Shown one piece after another: positions 47,130 through 58,306 of a DNA stretch of 64,000 bases. Location of the stretch: the NCBI GenBank assembly GCA_016842005.1, contig JAENYD010000009.1, positions 20,315 through 84,314 on the forward strand, read 5' to 3'. How positions within the stretch are numbered: the stretch's first letter is position 1; every line of letters starts with the position of its first letter. This DNA is from Clostridium thermobutyricum (GTDB lineage Bacteria; Bacillota; Clostridia; Ch29). The position numbers were made by a program, and so were the translations under genes. Below the pieces are notes generated by a model that was not told where the DNA came from, did no database searches, and worked only from the letters and a program-made list of their open reading frames with translations.

Positions 47130-47263
47130 CTTGCCAAACCCCTCCTTCGTTCGGAGACATTCCTTGAATTCCACTTTTATGGCAAGGGGCATTTCGTTTG
47201 CCAACTTTTTGTTACCTTTGCCACGTCTTCAAATAGGTCAGGGCCCTTAAAGGGCCCCCTCTA

Positions 47264-48550
47264 TCAACCTGCCAGCAACGGGACGATAATTCCCGCTATT
47301 ATAAGCATTAGAGCCCCTCCCAGCCTGGATGAAATCTGACCGAAGGGCATAAGCTCCATCCTGTTGGAAGCGGACAGTACCGCTACATCTCCCGTTCCTC
47401 CCATGTTTGCCATACAGAGGCCTGCCGTTATGGCTGATTCAATGGGATAAAACCCTACAAATCTGCCGGCAATACCGGCGCCGAGTATAGCACCTATTAC
47501 CACTACCGCGTCTATTATGACATATTGAACAGTAACCGCTTCAAGGACGGTTTTCAGGTCTGTATAAACAACCCCTACCCCTATGAGCAATGCCAGGGTC
47601 AAATTCTTGGCTACAAACCTGTACCACTGGTGACACCCTTCCTGTACATATCCGGGCACCAGGTTGAATATCTTGCATATGGCCACCGAGATTATCATCA
47701 GGGCGTACGCGTGTATGGGTATGAACCTGGCAAGTATTAATCCCACTATAAAGAAGGTTGTTGCCGCAAAAAGCCCGGCACCCATCTTAACAATATCAAA
47801 GGCACCGTCCTCTTTCTTCTCGTATTCAAACCCCGTCATTATCTGACCGTTTCCTGTCCAGTCCGGCCTGGATTTGCCCAGTCGATCCAGTAGTCCTGCC
47901 GCCACTATGGCAAAGACATTCCCGAGGGCGAGGGCGGGGACGAGCACCGATATATAGTACTCGGCATCCCTCCCTAAAAAGTTGGAATATATCTGGGACA
48001 TGGGAACAGCTCCCGCACCCATGCCGCCGCCCATAATAGGCATGGCTATATTGGTTATTGCTTCCTTCCATCCGTACCCGATTACACCCCCTGCCACTGC
48101 AGCCAGGCCCAGACTGGCAATAACGCCCGCTATAAGGGGAACGGCATACCGGGCCCCTGCTTTTATCAGCAGTTTGGCATCCATCCCCAGTATACTGCCG
48201 CAGATCAGGGCAGCGATGTAGAAATTGAGGAACCCTCCCCCTTTCATGAAATCAGTAACCACATTTATTGTCCCCTCCGGCATCGCACCAATGTAAACCA
48301 TGAAGGCACTGCCGAAAATGGCTACTATGGGACCGCCTCCCAGGTAATCCTTCACTATGGGAATATTGTCTCCCAGCAGCCCTGCAATAGCCCCAAGGGC
48401 TATCATGTAGGCAAAGGCCCCTATCATTCCGCCCGGTAATATACCTGCATAAGAAGAAATAATTACAATCACACTGGCAACAGCAAAAAACCAGGCAGGC
48501 ATCCCTATGATTTTAAACCCTTTCTTCTCCAAAGCTTCGCTTTGTTTCAT
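47264..48550 (-). CDS. 2-hydroxycarboxylate transporter family citrate/malate:Na+ symporter (CitS/CimH-like)
   Basis: 428 aa polytopic with a 2-HCT-like sequence. Heads the cit lyase cluster. Confidence 0.8.
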   Translation of the reverse strand: MKQSEALEKKGFKIIGMPAWFFAVASVIVIISSYAGILPGGMIGAFAYMIALGAIAGLLGDNIPIVKDYLGGGPIVAIFGSAFMVYIGAMPEGTINVVTDFMKGGGFLNFYIAALICGSILGMDAKLLIKAGARYAVPLIAGVIASLGLAAVAGGVIGYGWKEAITNIAMPIMGGGMGAGAVPMSQIYSNFLGRDAEYYISVLVPALALGNVFAIVAAGLLDRLGKSRPDWTGNGQIMTGFEYEKKEDGAFDIVKMGAGLFAATTFFIVGLILARFIPIHAYALMIISVAICKIFNLVPGYVQEGCHQWYRFVAKNLTLALLIGVGVVYTDLKTVLEAVTVQYVIIDAVVVIGAILGAGIAGRFVGFYPIESAITAGLCMANMGGTGDVAVLSASNRMELMPFGQISSRLGGALMLIIAGIIVPLLAG

Positions 48551-48731
48551 TCTATCCCTCCTGTATTCTGTGTTTGGCTTGATTATACAGAAGTCAAAAA
48601 TATTCTCAATATTGTGTAAATATAATTAATATTGTTCATATTGTTCATTAAAACCACAGCCGGATTTAAAGGATTCACGCCGGAGAAAAAGAAAATAATA
48701 CATAACAGCAATATAAACAGATTATTAAAGG

Positions 48732-50345
48732 ATGAACACCATGTCAGCAAAAAGAAAAAAATATATGCCTCTCCAGACCAAAATCCAGATCCTGATAATC
48801 GTAGTAATAATGGTATCCCTTATATCCGGGGAATACATGATAGCCAACTACATTGCCGGTGAAATGGAAGACCAGATAGGGCAAAGGGCCCTGGCTATCG
48901 CCCGGTCAGTGTCCCAGATGCCCGAAATACAGAAGAATCTCCTGTCTCCTTCCGGATACAGGAAAATCGACCCCCTGGTGGGCAAAATCAGGAATACTAC
49001 CGGGACGGAATTTATAGTCGTAATAGATATGGAAGGCGTAAGATACTCCCATCCCGTCAAGGAACGCATCGGGGAGAAAATAGTAGGAGGGGATGAAGGC
49101 CCGGTGCTGGAAGGAAGGGAATATACCTCCAAAGCAATAGGAACCCTGGGTCCTTCCCTGAGGGCTTTTGTTCCCATATACCATGATGGTGAACAGGTGG
49201 GAGCGGTAGTGGTGGGCATCCTGCTCACCGATGTTGAAAAGGCCATTGACCAGGTTGAGAATAATATTAATCTTGCCATATTCGTAACCATACTGCTGGG
49301 ACTTATCGGCGCAATAATACTGTCAAATAATATAAAGAAAGGCCTTTTCGGTATGGAACCCATAGAGATAGCCGCCCTTTTCGAAGTAAGGGAAGCCATT
49401 CTCCGTTCAGTAAAAGAAGGCATTATAGCCATAGATGAAACCCGCAGAATCAATCTGATCAACCATGAGGCGAAAAAACTGTTGAATATTGATGGAGATG
49501 TACTGGGGAAACCGGCTGAGGAGGTCATACCCAACACCCGCCTTCCCGAAGTCCTGGAGACCGGCATGCCCCAGATTGACCGGGAGCAGCTCTTGAACGA
49601 CAGGAAAATTTTGACCAACCGGATACCCATTAAGGTGAAAGGCCATGTGGTTGGCGCTGTGGCCAGTTTCCGGGATATGACCGAGATAAAAAGGCTGGCG
49701 GAAGAGCTGACAGGGGTAAAGGAGTATGCGGAAGCCCTCAGGGCTCAAAGTCATGAGTTCAAAAACAAACTCCACACCATATCCGGTCTTATTCAATTAC
49801 AGAGATATGACCAGGTGGTGGACTATGTAACCGCTACCCAGACAAAACACAAAAATAGCGTGGACATGCTGATAAACCGGATAAAAGACCCTTATATAGG
49901 CGGACTGCTGTTCGGCAAGATAGCCCTGGCCTCTGAAAAGGGCATTAAAATCGCTATCGACGAAAAAAGTAATCTTCCCAGCCTCCCGCCATCCCTCTCG
50001 GGGTCACTGGTATTAATCCTGGGCAATCTGCTTCAGAACGCCATTGAAGCTGTTGAAACACAGGATAACCCTGACAGAAGGGTGGTAAGCCTGTCCATAT
50101 TCTACAACAGGAACGACATTGTCATCACAATTGAAGACAGAGGTTCGGGTATTCCCGGGGATGCGGGAAAAAGGATCTTTGAAAAGGGATTCTCAACCAA
50201 AGGCCACAACAACAAAGGCCTTGGATTATCCCTTATCAATGAGCAACTGCAAACACTGAATGGAATAATTGATGTGCACACAGAAAAAAATAAGGGAACA
50301 ACCTTTACAGTGACAATTCCGCATGAAGCGGACGAGGGGGTGTAA
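48732..50345 (+). CDS. citA: Sensor histidine kinase, CitA/DcuS family
   Basis: 537 aa with two TM helices flanking a sensor domain, a PAS domain, SHEFKNKLHTISGL H-box and a GHNNKGLGL ATPase motif. Confidence 0.9.
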   Translation: MNTMSAKRKKYMPLQTKIQILIIVVIMVSLISGEYMIANYIAGEMEDQIGQRALAIARSVSQMPEIQKNLLSPSGYRKIDPLVGKIRNTTGTEFIVVIDMEGVRYSHPVKERIGEKIVGGDEGPVLEGREYTSKAIGTLGPSLRAFVPIYHDGEQVGAVVVGILLTDVEKAIDQVENNINLAIFVTILLGLIGAIILSNNIKKGLFGMEPIEIAALFEVREAILRSVKEGIIAIDETRRINLINHEAKKLLNIDGDVLGKPAEEVIPNTRLPEVLETGMPQIDREQLLNDRKILTNRIPIKVKGHVVGAVASFRDMTEIKRLAEELTGVKEYAEALRAQSHEFKNKLHTISGLIQLQRYDQVVDYVTATQTKHKNSVDMLINRIKDPYIGGLLFGKIALASEKGIKIAIDEKSNLPSLPPSLSGSLVLILGNLLQNAIEAVETQDNPDRRVVSLSIFYNRNDIVITIEDRGSGIPGDAGKRIFEKGFSTKGHNNKGLGLSLINEQLQTLNGIIDVHTEKNKGTTFTVTIPHEADEGV

Positions 50346-50348
50346 AGA

Positions 50349-51050
50349 GTGTCCGCAATAAGAGTGGTTATCGTTGAAGACGACCCTATGGTAATAGAGA
50401 TTAACAGGAGCTTTGTACAGGAGGTACCGGGTTTTGAAATCGTCGGGGAGGCAAAAACCGGTAAGCAGGGATTGAAGATCGTCAATAACCTGAATCCCGA
50501 CCTGATTTTAGTGGATATCTTCATGCCTGAGATGGACGGCCTGGAATTCATCGAAAGAATAAGGGAGAACAGGGCAGATGCGGATATAATTGTAATCTCT
50601 GCTTCCGACCAGCCCGACCATCTACAGAAATGCATGAGATACGGAATAATTGACTACCTCATTAAGCCTTTCAAAAAAGAACGTCTTGCCCATGCCCTGA
50701 AAAGCTACCTGAAGATAAAGAGAAACCTCGAAGAACAGGATAAAATAAGCCAGGAAATAATCGACAGTTTTGTTTCACCGGTGTCAGCCCCTTCGCAAAA
50801 CTCCCTACCCAAAGGCTTAAACCTTATAACCTTTGATAAGATAAAAACCCTTTTAAAAACAAATCAGCGGTATTATACCGCCGATGAGGTTGCAGCAGAA
50901 ATAGGCGTGTCCAGGGTAACCGCCCGCCGATACCTGGAATATCTGAGTGAAACCGGTGAAGCTGTTATTAATATTGAATACGGAAGTGTGGGAAGACCCC
51001 TCAAGAAGTATCGGGCGAAATTTGCTTCAGATAGCGGTTCTTCCATCTGA
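50349..51050 (+). CDS. citB: Response regulator, CitB/DcuR family
   Basis: 233 aa with a receiver domain and a C-terminal HTH. Confidence 0.9.
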   Translation: MSAIRVVIVEDDPMVIEINRSFVQEVPGFEIVGEAKTGKQGLKIVNNLNPDLILVDIFMPEMDGLEFIERIRENRADADIIVISASDQPDHLQKCMRYGIIDYLIKPFKKERLAHALKSYLKIKRNLEEQDKISQEIIDSFVSPVSAPSQNSLPKGLNLITFDKIKTLLKTNQRYYTADEVAAEIGVSRVTARRYLEYLSETGEAVINIEYGSVGRPLKKYRAKFASDSGSSI

Positions 51051-51076
51051 AGCTTACGCAACCAATTTTTGATTTT

Positions 51077-51481
51077 TTATAAGAAAAATGGGTTTAACAA
51101 TTTTAACCCAAAATCAAGTAAATGTCTGAAATCGTCTTCATTTCGAGTTACTAGCGTAGCAGCATGTTCTATAGCAGTGGCAGCAATTAGTGCGTCTGGT
51201 AATTTTAGTGAACGGTTGCAATTGGATTTACTTACCCGCCGGAGTTCTCCCGCTTTAAGAGCAACCGTTGAATTTACTTCTATAATTTCTCCTAAATCCA
51301 GTATGCTTCTTAAATCATGAATATCTTCTTCTGTAAGCTTCAAAGATGAAAATAACTCTGCTTCTACAATTACCGAATATACTATGCCATTATTCTGAGC
51401 TTTCTTCATGAAATTTACTGCCGGCTCAAGCCCGTTCATTGTATAAACAATAATATTCGTATCCACACAGTACTTAGTCAA
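51077..51481 (-). CDS. vapC: PIN-domain toxin VapC
   Basis: 134 aa with the conserved D residues (CVDTNI, ...NEDDF). Confidence 0.8.
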   Translation of the reverse strand: MTKYCVDTNIIVYTMNGLEPAVNFMKKAQNNGIVYSVIVEAELFSSLKLTEEDIHDLRSILDLGEIIEVNSTVALKAGELRRVSKSNCNRSLKLPDALIAATAIEHAATLVTRNEDDFRHLLDFGLKLLNPFFL

Positions 51482-51734
51482 GCTCTGGAACCTCCCTGTC
51501 TTCTTTCCGGCGCATGCTTAAAATATCTGCAACAATGTCAGGGCGGTTTTCCCATTTACCGGCAACTTTTTCGATAATTCCTTCCGGTTTATTCTTTTTA
51601 ATAACTTTTAAAATAATTTTATTTTTATCCGGGATCACCTCAACCAAATCCCCTGGTTTAATATCCGTACCACGCAATATCTTCTTAATGGAAATACGAC
51701 CCTGGGGGTCTACCTTTTCCCTAATAGTAGGCAT
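51474..51734 (-). CDS. vapB: AbrB/SpoVT-type antitoxin (VapB-like)
   Basis: About 86 aa. Overlaps vapC by 8 nt. GAGGAGGTG RBS. Confidence 0.7.
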   Translation of the reverse strand: MPTIREKVDPQGRISIKKILRGTDIKPGDLVEVIPDKNKIILKVIKKNKPEGIIEKVAGKWENRPDIVADILSMRRKEDREVPELD

Positions 51735-51825
51735 CAAAAAGCACCTCCTCTTCTCATAGTATAACATTAAATGAGGTATTTGCCACGAAAATTGTATCTA
51801 TTCAGTACGATAATATTTTTACTAT

Positions 51826-51848
51826 TTCCGAAAAAGGCTGCCAGCCTT
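51826..51848 (-). terminator. Terminator downstream of rho
   Basis: aaggc tgcca gcctt plus a T-run on the minus strand. Confidence 0.45.
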
Positions 51849-51889
51849 ATGTATTGTGAGGCAGGCGACTGTACATATCCACATAATGA

Positions 51890-53176
51890 TTAAAAAGTCA
51901 TCTTCTTGATCAGGCTTACAAACTGCGCATTATCCTTTGTCATCATAAGCCTGTTGATGAGGGTCTCGGTAATCTCCGCTGTCTGGGCGGAGCTGAGGGC
52001 CTTACGGATATACCATACAGCCTCCAGTTCTTCCTGGCTGAGCAGCAGTTCCTCCCTCCTGGTTCCCGATTTATGCATGTTTACCGCCGGGAATATCCTT
52101 CTCTCCGAGAGTTTCCTGTCCAGGTGGATTTCCATATTGCCGGTGCCTTTGAATTCTTCGTATATGACATCATCCATACGGCTGCCGGTCTCAATAAGGG
52201 CAGTGGCCAGAATGGTAAGACTGCCGCCTTCCTCTATATTTCGGGCAGCCCCGAAGAACCTCTTGGGTTTATGAAGGGCACCGGGGTCCAGTCCCCCTGA
52301 AAGGCTTCTCCCCGTGGGGGGGATCGTCAGGTTGTAGGCCCTGGCCAGCCTTGTTATACTGTCCAGCAGGATTATTACGTCCTTTTTCTGCTCTACCAGG
52401 CGCTGGGCCCTTTCCAGCACCATTTCGGCAACCCTTATATGATGTTCGGGCAGCTCGTCAAAAGTGGAATAAATAACGTCTCCGTCAATGGAGCGCTGCA
52501 TATCGGTCACTTCTTCGGGTCTTTCGTCTATTAACAGCACTATCACTTCCAGATTGGGATGATTTTTTGTAATACTGTTGGCTATCTTCTGGAGTAATAT
52601 TGTTTTTCCGGCCTTTGGCGGTGACACGATAAGTCCCCTCTGTCCCATACCTACGGGAGCAATGAGGTCTATAATACGGGTGGAAAGATCGGTGGGAGAA
52701 TATTCGAGAGAAAGCCTGCTGTTGGGATATATGGGGGTAAGATTATCGAAATTGGGCCTTCTTGCGGCTGTTTCAGGCGTCTCTCCGTTCACGGACTCCA
52801 CAAAAAGCAAAGCCTGATATTTCTCAGCCTCTTTTGCAGCCCTTGTCTTTCCTGTTATTAAATCTCCTGTTTTCAGGTTGAATTTTCTTATCTGTGAAGG
52901 GGAAACGTAGACATCGTTGGGACCTGGCAGGTAATTTGAAGAACGGAGAAAACCGTATCCGTCCGGCAGAACTTCCAGAACTCCTTCAGCTAAATCCGGT
53001 TCTGCAAGGTCTTCAATCTGTTTGAGCTTCTCTTCTCTGTGCTTTTCCACTTGCTTTTCGAGAATAAGTTCTATAAGCTGGGATTTCCTGTAAGTTGTGG
53101 ACCCTTTTATGCCCAGGTCCCTGGCAATATCTCTCAGCTCGGAAATGGTCTTATTCTCTAATTCCGAATGATTCAA
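51890..53176 (-). CDS. rho: Transcription termination factor Rho
   Basis: 428 aa with Walker A GKT and an N-terminal RNA-binding domain. Confidence 0.95.
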   Translation of the reverse strand: MNHSELENKTISELRDIARDLGIKGSTTYRKSQLIELILEKQVEKHREEKLKQIEDLAEPDLAEGVLEVLPDGYGFLRSSNYLPGPNDVYVSPSQIRKFNLKTGDLITGKTRAAKEAEKYQALLFVESVNGETPETAARRPNFDNLTPIYPNSRLSLEYSPTDLSTRIIDLIAPVGMGQRGLIVSPPKAGKTILLQKIANSITKNHPNLEVIVLLIDERPEEVTDMQRSIDGDVIYSTFDELPEHHIRVAEMVLERAQRLVEQKKDVIILLDSITRLARAYNLTIPPTGRSLSGGLDPGALHKPKRFFGAARNIEEGGSLTILATALIETGSRMDDVIYEEFKGTGNMEIHLDRKLSERRIFPAVNMHKSGTRREELLLSQEELEAVWYIRKALSSAQTAEITETLINRLMMTKDNAQFVSLIKKMTF

Positions 53177-53354
53177 ATATTCGCACCTCCATTTTTATAC
53201 TCATCCATGCAGCGTTTAATAATAGGCAACACCTTCGGCTTATTAAAGTATATACTACAATATACCACAATTATACTCAAAATTACAAGTATTTCGGAAA
53301 CTAATATGATTATATTGAAACGGAGCCTGTCCAGGCTCCGTTTCAATATAATCA

Positions 53355-54326
53355 TTAAATGGCGTAATCAGGCTTTTTGTCCAGCCTGTGGATGGCCTCA
53401 ATAAACCTTATGGTGCCGGTTTCGGCCCTCATAATTACCGAATGGGTCCTGGCCTTGTTGTTCCCGTAATAAACCACTCCCCTGAGCAGTTCCCCGTCCG
53501 AGACCCCGGTGGCTGCAAAAAAGGCCTCATTACTCTTCACCAGGTCATTGAGATAGAACACCCTGTTCATATCTTCTATGCCCATTTTCAGGCATCTTTC
53601 CTTTTCTTCCTGGCTGTATGCAACCAGCCTGCCCTGGAAGTCGCCTCCCAGGCATTTCATGGCCACAGCGGCTATAACCCCTTCCGGGGCCCCTCCGATA
53701 CCCAGAAGCATATCAACACCTGTGTGCTCGAAGCCTGTAGCTATGGCAGCGGCAACATCCCCGTCTCCGAACAGCTTTATCCGGGCCCCCATTGTTCTTA
53801 TCCTGGCAATAGTCTTTTCATGTCTCGGTCTGTCCAGCATGGTTATGGTCAGATCGGATATATCCTTATCCAGGGCCTTGCTCAGATTCCTTATATTGTC
53901 TTCCAGGGGGGCGGTAATGTCTACAACCCCTTTACCCTTGGGTCCCACTGCCAGTTTGTCCATATACATGTCCGGGGCGTGAAGGAGGCATCCTTCGGGG
54001 GCCAGGGCCACCACCGCTATGGCATTGGGCCGCCCTTTGGCTATAAGATTGGTGCCGTCCAGGGGGTCCACGGCAATGTCAACCTTCGGGGCATCCCCGT
54101 CCCGGCAGCCGATTTTCTCTCCTATGTAAAGCATGGGGGCCTCATCCATCTCCCCCTCCCCGATAACCACTGTCCCTTCGATGCACAGTGTATCGAACAT
54201 CTGCCTCATCCCGTCCACTGCCGCCTGGTCAGCTGCATTCTTGTCGCCCCTGCCCATGTATTTAGCTGCCCTCAAAGCGGCGGTTTCGGTAACCCTCACA
54301 AGATTTAAAGCAAGGTCTCTATTCAT
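53355..54326 (-). CDS. glpX: Fructose-1,6-bisphosphatase class II
   Basis: GlpX-like. Start MNRDL with a GAGGAGGGTG RBS. Confidence 0.9.
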   Translation of the reverse strand: MNRDLALNLVRVTETAALRAAKYMGRGDKNAADQAAVDGMRQMFDTLCIEGTVVIGEGEMDEAPMLYIGEKIGCRDGDAPKVDIAVDPLDGTNLIAKGRPNAIAVVALAPEGCLLHAPDMYMDKLAVGPKGKGVVDITAPLEDNIRNLSKALDKDISDLTITMLDRPRHEKTIARIRTMGARIKLFGDGDVAAAIATGFEHTGVDMLLGIGGAPEGVIAAVAMKCLGGDFQGRLVAYSQEEKERCLKMGIEDMNRVFYLNDLVKSNEAFFAATGVSDGELLRGVVYYGNNKARTHSVIMRAETGTIRFIEAIHRLDKKPDYAI

Positions 54327-54380
54327 CAAATTCACCCTCCTCAAAAAATGGCCCGGGATTGCTCCCGGTCATCTGACTTC

Positions 54381-55025
54381 TCACTGACTGTACCTTTTCC
54401 AGTCCTCCATAAATTTTTCTATGCCCCTGTCGGTCATGGGGTGGCTTATCATGGTTTCCAGCACCTTGAAGGGCACGGTGGCGATATGGGCCCCTGCCAG
54501 AGCGGCACCGGTCACATGGTCCGCGTGTCTTATGCTGGCCGCAATGACCCGGGTATCAATCCGGTGTATGTTGAATATATCCACAATCTGCCTGACAACC
54601 TGCATCCCGCTGTTCCCTATATCATCCATGCGTCCCACGAAGGGGCTCACAAAAGCCGCCCCCGCCCTGGCCATCAGAAGGGCCTGGTTGGCGGAAAAAA
54701 TCAGTGTGGCATTAACCCTGATGCCCTTCTTTGCAAGACCGTGGGTCGCCTTCAGTCCTTCCCGGGTTACCGGCACCTTGATAACTATATTGGGGCTTAT
54801 GGAGGCCAGTTCTTCCCCTTCCTTTATCATCCCTTCGGCCGACGGTTCCACCACCTCTGCACTTATGGGTCCGTCTATCACTGATGCTATCTCATGAAGC
54901 CTCTCTCTGAAGTCTGCTCCCTCCCGGGCCACAAGGGACGGATTGGTGGTGACGCCGCTTATAATACCCATGGCGTTTGCCTGAATGATTTCGTCCATGT
55001 TGGCAGTGTCGATAAAGAGCTTCAT
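54381..55025 (-). CDS. tal: Transaldolase (short/FSA type)
   Basis: 214 aa starting [13 protein letters not shown]. Confidence 0.9.
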   Translation of the reverse strand: MKLFIDTANMDEIIQANAMGIISGVTTNPSLVAREGADFRERLHEIASVIDGPISAEVVEPSAEGMIKEGEELASISPNIVIKVPVTREGLKATHGLAKKGIRVNATLIFSANQALLMARAGAAFVSPFVGRMDDIGNSGMQVVRQIVDIFNIHRIDTRVIAASIRHADHVTGAALAGAHIATVPFKVLETMISHPMTDRGIEKFMEDWKRYSQ

Positions 55026-55043
55026 GCCACTCCTCCTTAAAGG

Positions 55044-55556
55044 CTATTTGCTTCTCTTTGGTTTCTCCAGTATGCCTTTCATATTATTCTTCCCGAATTC
55101 CTCATCATAATTAATCCTGTCAATGCTGTCCATGAACTGGCTGAAATTTTCGGTCCAGAAATCCTCTTCATCCGCCGTCTCTTCCAGCCCGAGTTCTTCA
55201 ATCAGTTTATCCAGTTCTTCTTCATACCTGTTCAATGTCTCCACCACGTGTTTTCCACTGCCCAGGAAACATATTTCAAGACCGGTATGTTGACAGCACA
55301 GGATATGCACTTCCTGTTTCCACAGGTCTTTATACCCTAATCTATAAATATGCTTGTTATCGCAAGCTATACATGCAATTTTCAAACTGTAACTGCCGGA
55401 TTTTTCCCTTGCCAGCGTAAAAAGCTCTTCTCCGCATTCGCAATCCACTTCCACCCTGCTCCCCCCGGTAAGCTGGAACGGATTTACATCGGTCAACTGG
55501 ATATTTCCGCACCAGGGACATCTTGCCGCTATTACCGCACGCATATCAACTATCAA
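55044..55556 (-). CDS. Hypothetical Cys-rich (zinc-ribbon-like) protein; position equivalent to Bacillus ywjG
   Basis: 170 aa with several CxxC pairs. Confidence 0.45.
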   Translation of the reverse strand: MIVDMRAVIAARCPWCGNIQLTDVNPFQLTGGSRVEVDCECGEELFTLAREKSGSYSLKIACIACDNKHIYRLGYKDLWKQEVHILCCQHTGLEICFLGSGKHVVETLNRYEEELDKLIEELGLEETADEEDFWTENFSQFMDSIDRINYDEEFGKNNMKGILEKPKRSK

Positions 55557-55832
55557 CTGTCACACCTCCTCGTATACTAATACTAATTCTCCACCGGGTA
55601 TACAATTCCTGCCGCAGTCAGGTAATATTTTTTATGCAGTCCGGGCAGCGGGCACGGGAACGGTTCCGGTATCCGCAATGTCAGAATACGTTCGCCTGAC
55701 AGTCCCGGCAACCCGGCAGCCAGCCACATCTGTTTCGCAGTTGTCAAAAGAAGGGGTTTGCCGGTATTCAGGTGCAAGGTATGCCGCTGCTCTGTACTCC
55801 ACCTGTAAAGTATTATATAATTTATATTAATC

Positions 55833-56201
55833 ATGCATACAGGAGGTCTCGATATGATAGTATCCCATCTGAAGGATGTAAAAGGCGTCAGGATTGAAAA
55901 TCCCAATATCAAAGGGGTTGTAAAAAGAGTACTGGTTTCCCCGAAGGAAGGATGGGAAGGCTACGTGATGCGGGTATTCGAACTGGAGGAAGGGGGATAC
56001 TCGCCCAGGCACAGCCACCCATGGCCCCATATTACTTATATCCTTAAAGGGGAAGGCATCCTGCATCTCGACGGGAAGGATTACGAAGTGGAAGAAGGAT
56101 CCTTTGCATTTGTACCCCCGGACAGGGTGCATACATTCTCCAACAGGGGCAGCGGTAAATTTCTGTTCATATGCATAGTTCCTGAAGAAGGAGACGTGTA
56201 G
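55833..56201 (+). CDS. Cupin domain protein
   Basis: 122 aa with a cupin His-rich motif (SPRHSHPWPH...H). AGGAGG RBS. Confidence 0.7.
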   Translation: MHTGGLDMIVSHLKDVKGVRIENPNIKGVVKRVLVSPKEGWEGYVMRVFELEEGGYSPRHSHPWPHITYILKGEGILHLDGKDYEVEEGSFAFVPPDRVHTFSNRGSGKFLFICIVPEEGDV

Positions 56202-56208
56202 GACGCGC

Positions 56209-56253
56209 AAAGCAGCCCTGTATCCGATGGACGGATACAGGGCTGCTTTATCC
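56209..56253. terminator. Bidirectional terminator hairpin (15-bp perfect stem) between the cupin and SLH genes
   Basis: GCAGCCCTGTATCCGatggaCGGATACAGGGCTGCttta. Confidence 0.6.
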
Positions 56254-56271
56254 GGAACCCGTATTCAAATC

Positions 56272-58137
56272 TTACCTGTTGGTAATAATTATGCTGTCGG
56301 CTATGAACACGCCCAGCTCCGAATGGCCTATGACAATGAGCCTGTCTCCCTCGTCTATGTGTCTAAGATACTTTTTGTCTCCGTCACTGTCCATGATCCT
56401 GGTATCGTCATTGGTATTGATCTGCTTCAATATATAGGTATTTGTGGATGTATCCAGCACCTTCAGGGTTACGACATTAACATCGGTGTTAACGTATTCC
56501 ACAGTACCGATTATCTCATTCTTGGCGACCACCGAATTTGCTTCTATGCTCACTATTTCATCGCTCTCTATCTCTACGTCCACTTCGTAGTCCAGCCGCA
56601 GGTCGTATATGCCTGCTGTCTTGCCGTCTATCTCAACAGACACATCCAGGGCTATTGTATAGGTCTCGGTTTCTCCGTCTTCATTCTCTATGGTTAACTG
56701 ATGGGGTCTGGCAATCAACAGTGAATAAATGGTTCCTTCTATCTCCTTGTCAACGCTTTCCGCTTCTATACGTGTTACCACGCCATACTCGGTTGTTATC
56801 TCCACTTCGTCCCCTTTCCTGAGGTCCTCCAGTCCCCTGTCCTTGCCGTCCCGTTCCACCTCCACATCTTCATCCACAGTATACTCTGTCTCCTGGCTGC
56901 CTGTCTTCAGTATCAGTATCAGCCTGTTTTCAGTCCTGAAGCCCTGGAATATTCCAGCGACAGTCTTGGTCTTGCTTTCAGCCTCGATTTGCACCGCATA
57001 ATTGTTCCGGATGGATGCAGTGACCCTGTCTCCAGATTTGAGGTATTCGAAGAAAACGGTGTTTCCATCCAGGGTAATAACCGCGCTGTCTTTCACCCTG
57101 TAGGTATGTTTGTCTCCCTCTTCATCCTCAATTGTTATAAGGCTGTCGGGGGTCATATCAAGGGCGCTGATTATAATCCCCTCTATTTCCTCTTCAGTGC
57201 TGAAAACTTCAATGGAAACTATCTTACCGTCTCTGATGCCCAGAACCGCCTGCTGCCCGTCCGAAACACCGCTGAGTGAGGCTGTAGCATCGTCCAGTTT
57301 GACAGTGGCATCCGGGGCTACTTCATATATGTCCAGACTTCCATCCTGAAGGGAAAACTTTATGCTTGTCCTGCTGGTTCCCCTGATTACCTCTTCTATG
57401 ACGCCCTCCACTTCGGTTACGCCCGCTGCGGGTAGTTCTCCTATCACATCCAGTGATGTGGCCAGCATCTTGGCTATGCCCGCCCGGGTGATCTCATTAT
57501 TGGGGTTGAACTTCCCTTCGGTATCGCCGCTTATAATCTCCCTGTCAACAAGGACCTTGATATAACCCCTGGACCAGGGGGATATCAGTTCGTTATCCTT
57601 GAAGTTGAGGATAATAGTCCCCAGGGCCTCTGCCTCCTGTTCCAGCCCCAGGGCCCTGGCGAAATACACTGCCACCTGATACCTTTTAGCATTGGTCGCT
57701 GTCCCGTCACTCTTTACAAAGGTAGCCAGTTCCTCCTCCTGGATTATACCCTTTTCCAGGGCATACGCTATATATTTCTTTGCCCATACGGGAATCCTGC
57801 TGCCGTCCATTGCAGTACCGTATTTTTCTATGTATGTGTTAATGTTCAGGTCACTGTCATTGTCTATCCCTGTCATTTTCGCAAGGGATACTATAACTTC
57901 CATATTCGTTACGGGGTTGTCCGGTTTAAAGGTGGCATCCTGGTAACCGCTGATGAGCCCTGCCTGATATGCCTTCAATACGTATTCGTCGTACCACTTT
58001 CCGTCTCCCACATCGGTAAACACCCTGGTCGCATGGGCGGACGCCGGTAAACCTGCGGCAATCATAATTACAATCAATAATGCAGACAGTATATAAATAA
58101 TCCTGTTCCTTGACAAACTTTTCATCCTCCCCACCAA
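56272..58137 (-). CDS. SLH-domain surface protein with about five tandem beta-rich repeats of about 72 aa
   Basis: Signal peptide, then three SLH domains, then repeated modules (...TYxVxxDxxIxLDG...IEAES). The start may be the internal MKSLSRN. Confidence 0.8.
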   Translation of the reverse strand: MVGRMKSLSRNRIIYILSALLIVIMIAAGLPASAHATRVFTDVGDGKWYDEYVLKAYQAGLISGYQDATFKPDNPVTNMEVIVSLAKMTGIDNDSDLNINTYIEKYGTAMDGSRIPVWAKKYIAYALEKGIIQEEELATFVKSDGTATNAKRYQVAVYFARALGLEQEAEALGTIILNFKDNELISPWSRGYIKVLVDREIISGDTEGKFNPNNEITRAGIAKMLATSLDVIGELPAAGVTEVEGVIEEVIRGTSRTSIKFSLQDGSLDIYEVAPDATVKLDDATASLSGVSDGQQAVLGIRDGKIVSIEVFSTEEEIEGIIISALDMTPDSLITIEDEEGDKHTYRVKDSAVITLDGNTVFFEYLKSGDRVTASIRNNYAVQIEAESKTKTVAGIFQGFRTENRLILILKTGSQETEYTVDEDVEVERDGKDRGLEDLRKGDEVEITTEYGVVTRIEAESVDKEIEGTIYSLLIARPHQLTIENEDGETETYTIALDVSVEIDGKTAGIYDLRLDYEVDVEIESDEIVSIEANSVVAKNEIIGTVEYVNTDVNVVTLKVLDTSTNTYILKQINTNDDTRIMDSDGDKKYLRHIDEGDRLIVIGHSELGVFIADSIIITNR

Positions 58138-58306
58138 TAATTTCTTTCACAGGCACATATTCATATATTCTTTATATAGCGGATAATTCCTCCTGAAAAT
58201 GTATATTTCCTCCTGTGATTTTCTGTTTTCGTGCTGCATCTTATGGGACAAATTTTCTCCTTTTTGTGGTAAAATATATAAGAGATTAAATACCGGGGGT
58301 GAGCCT

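Noticed and set aside
55583-56210. ORFs 55583-55912 (minus) and 55827-56210 (minus) overlapping the cupin gene and its upstream region
   Set aside because: They overlap a plus-strand cupin gene that has an AGGAGG RBS and a clear His-rich cupin motif. There is no supporting signal for the minus ORFs.
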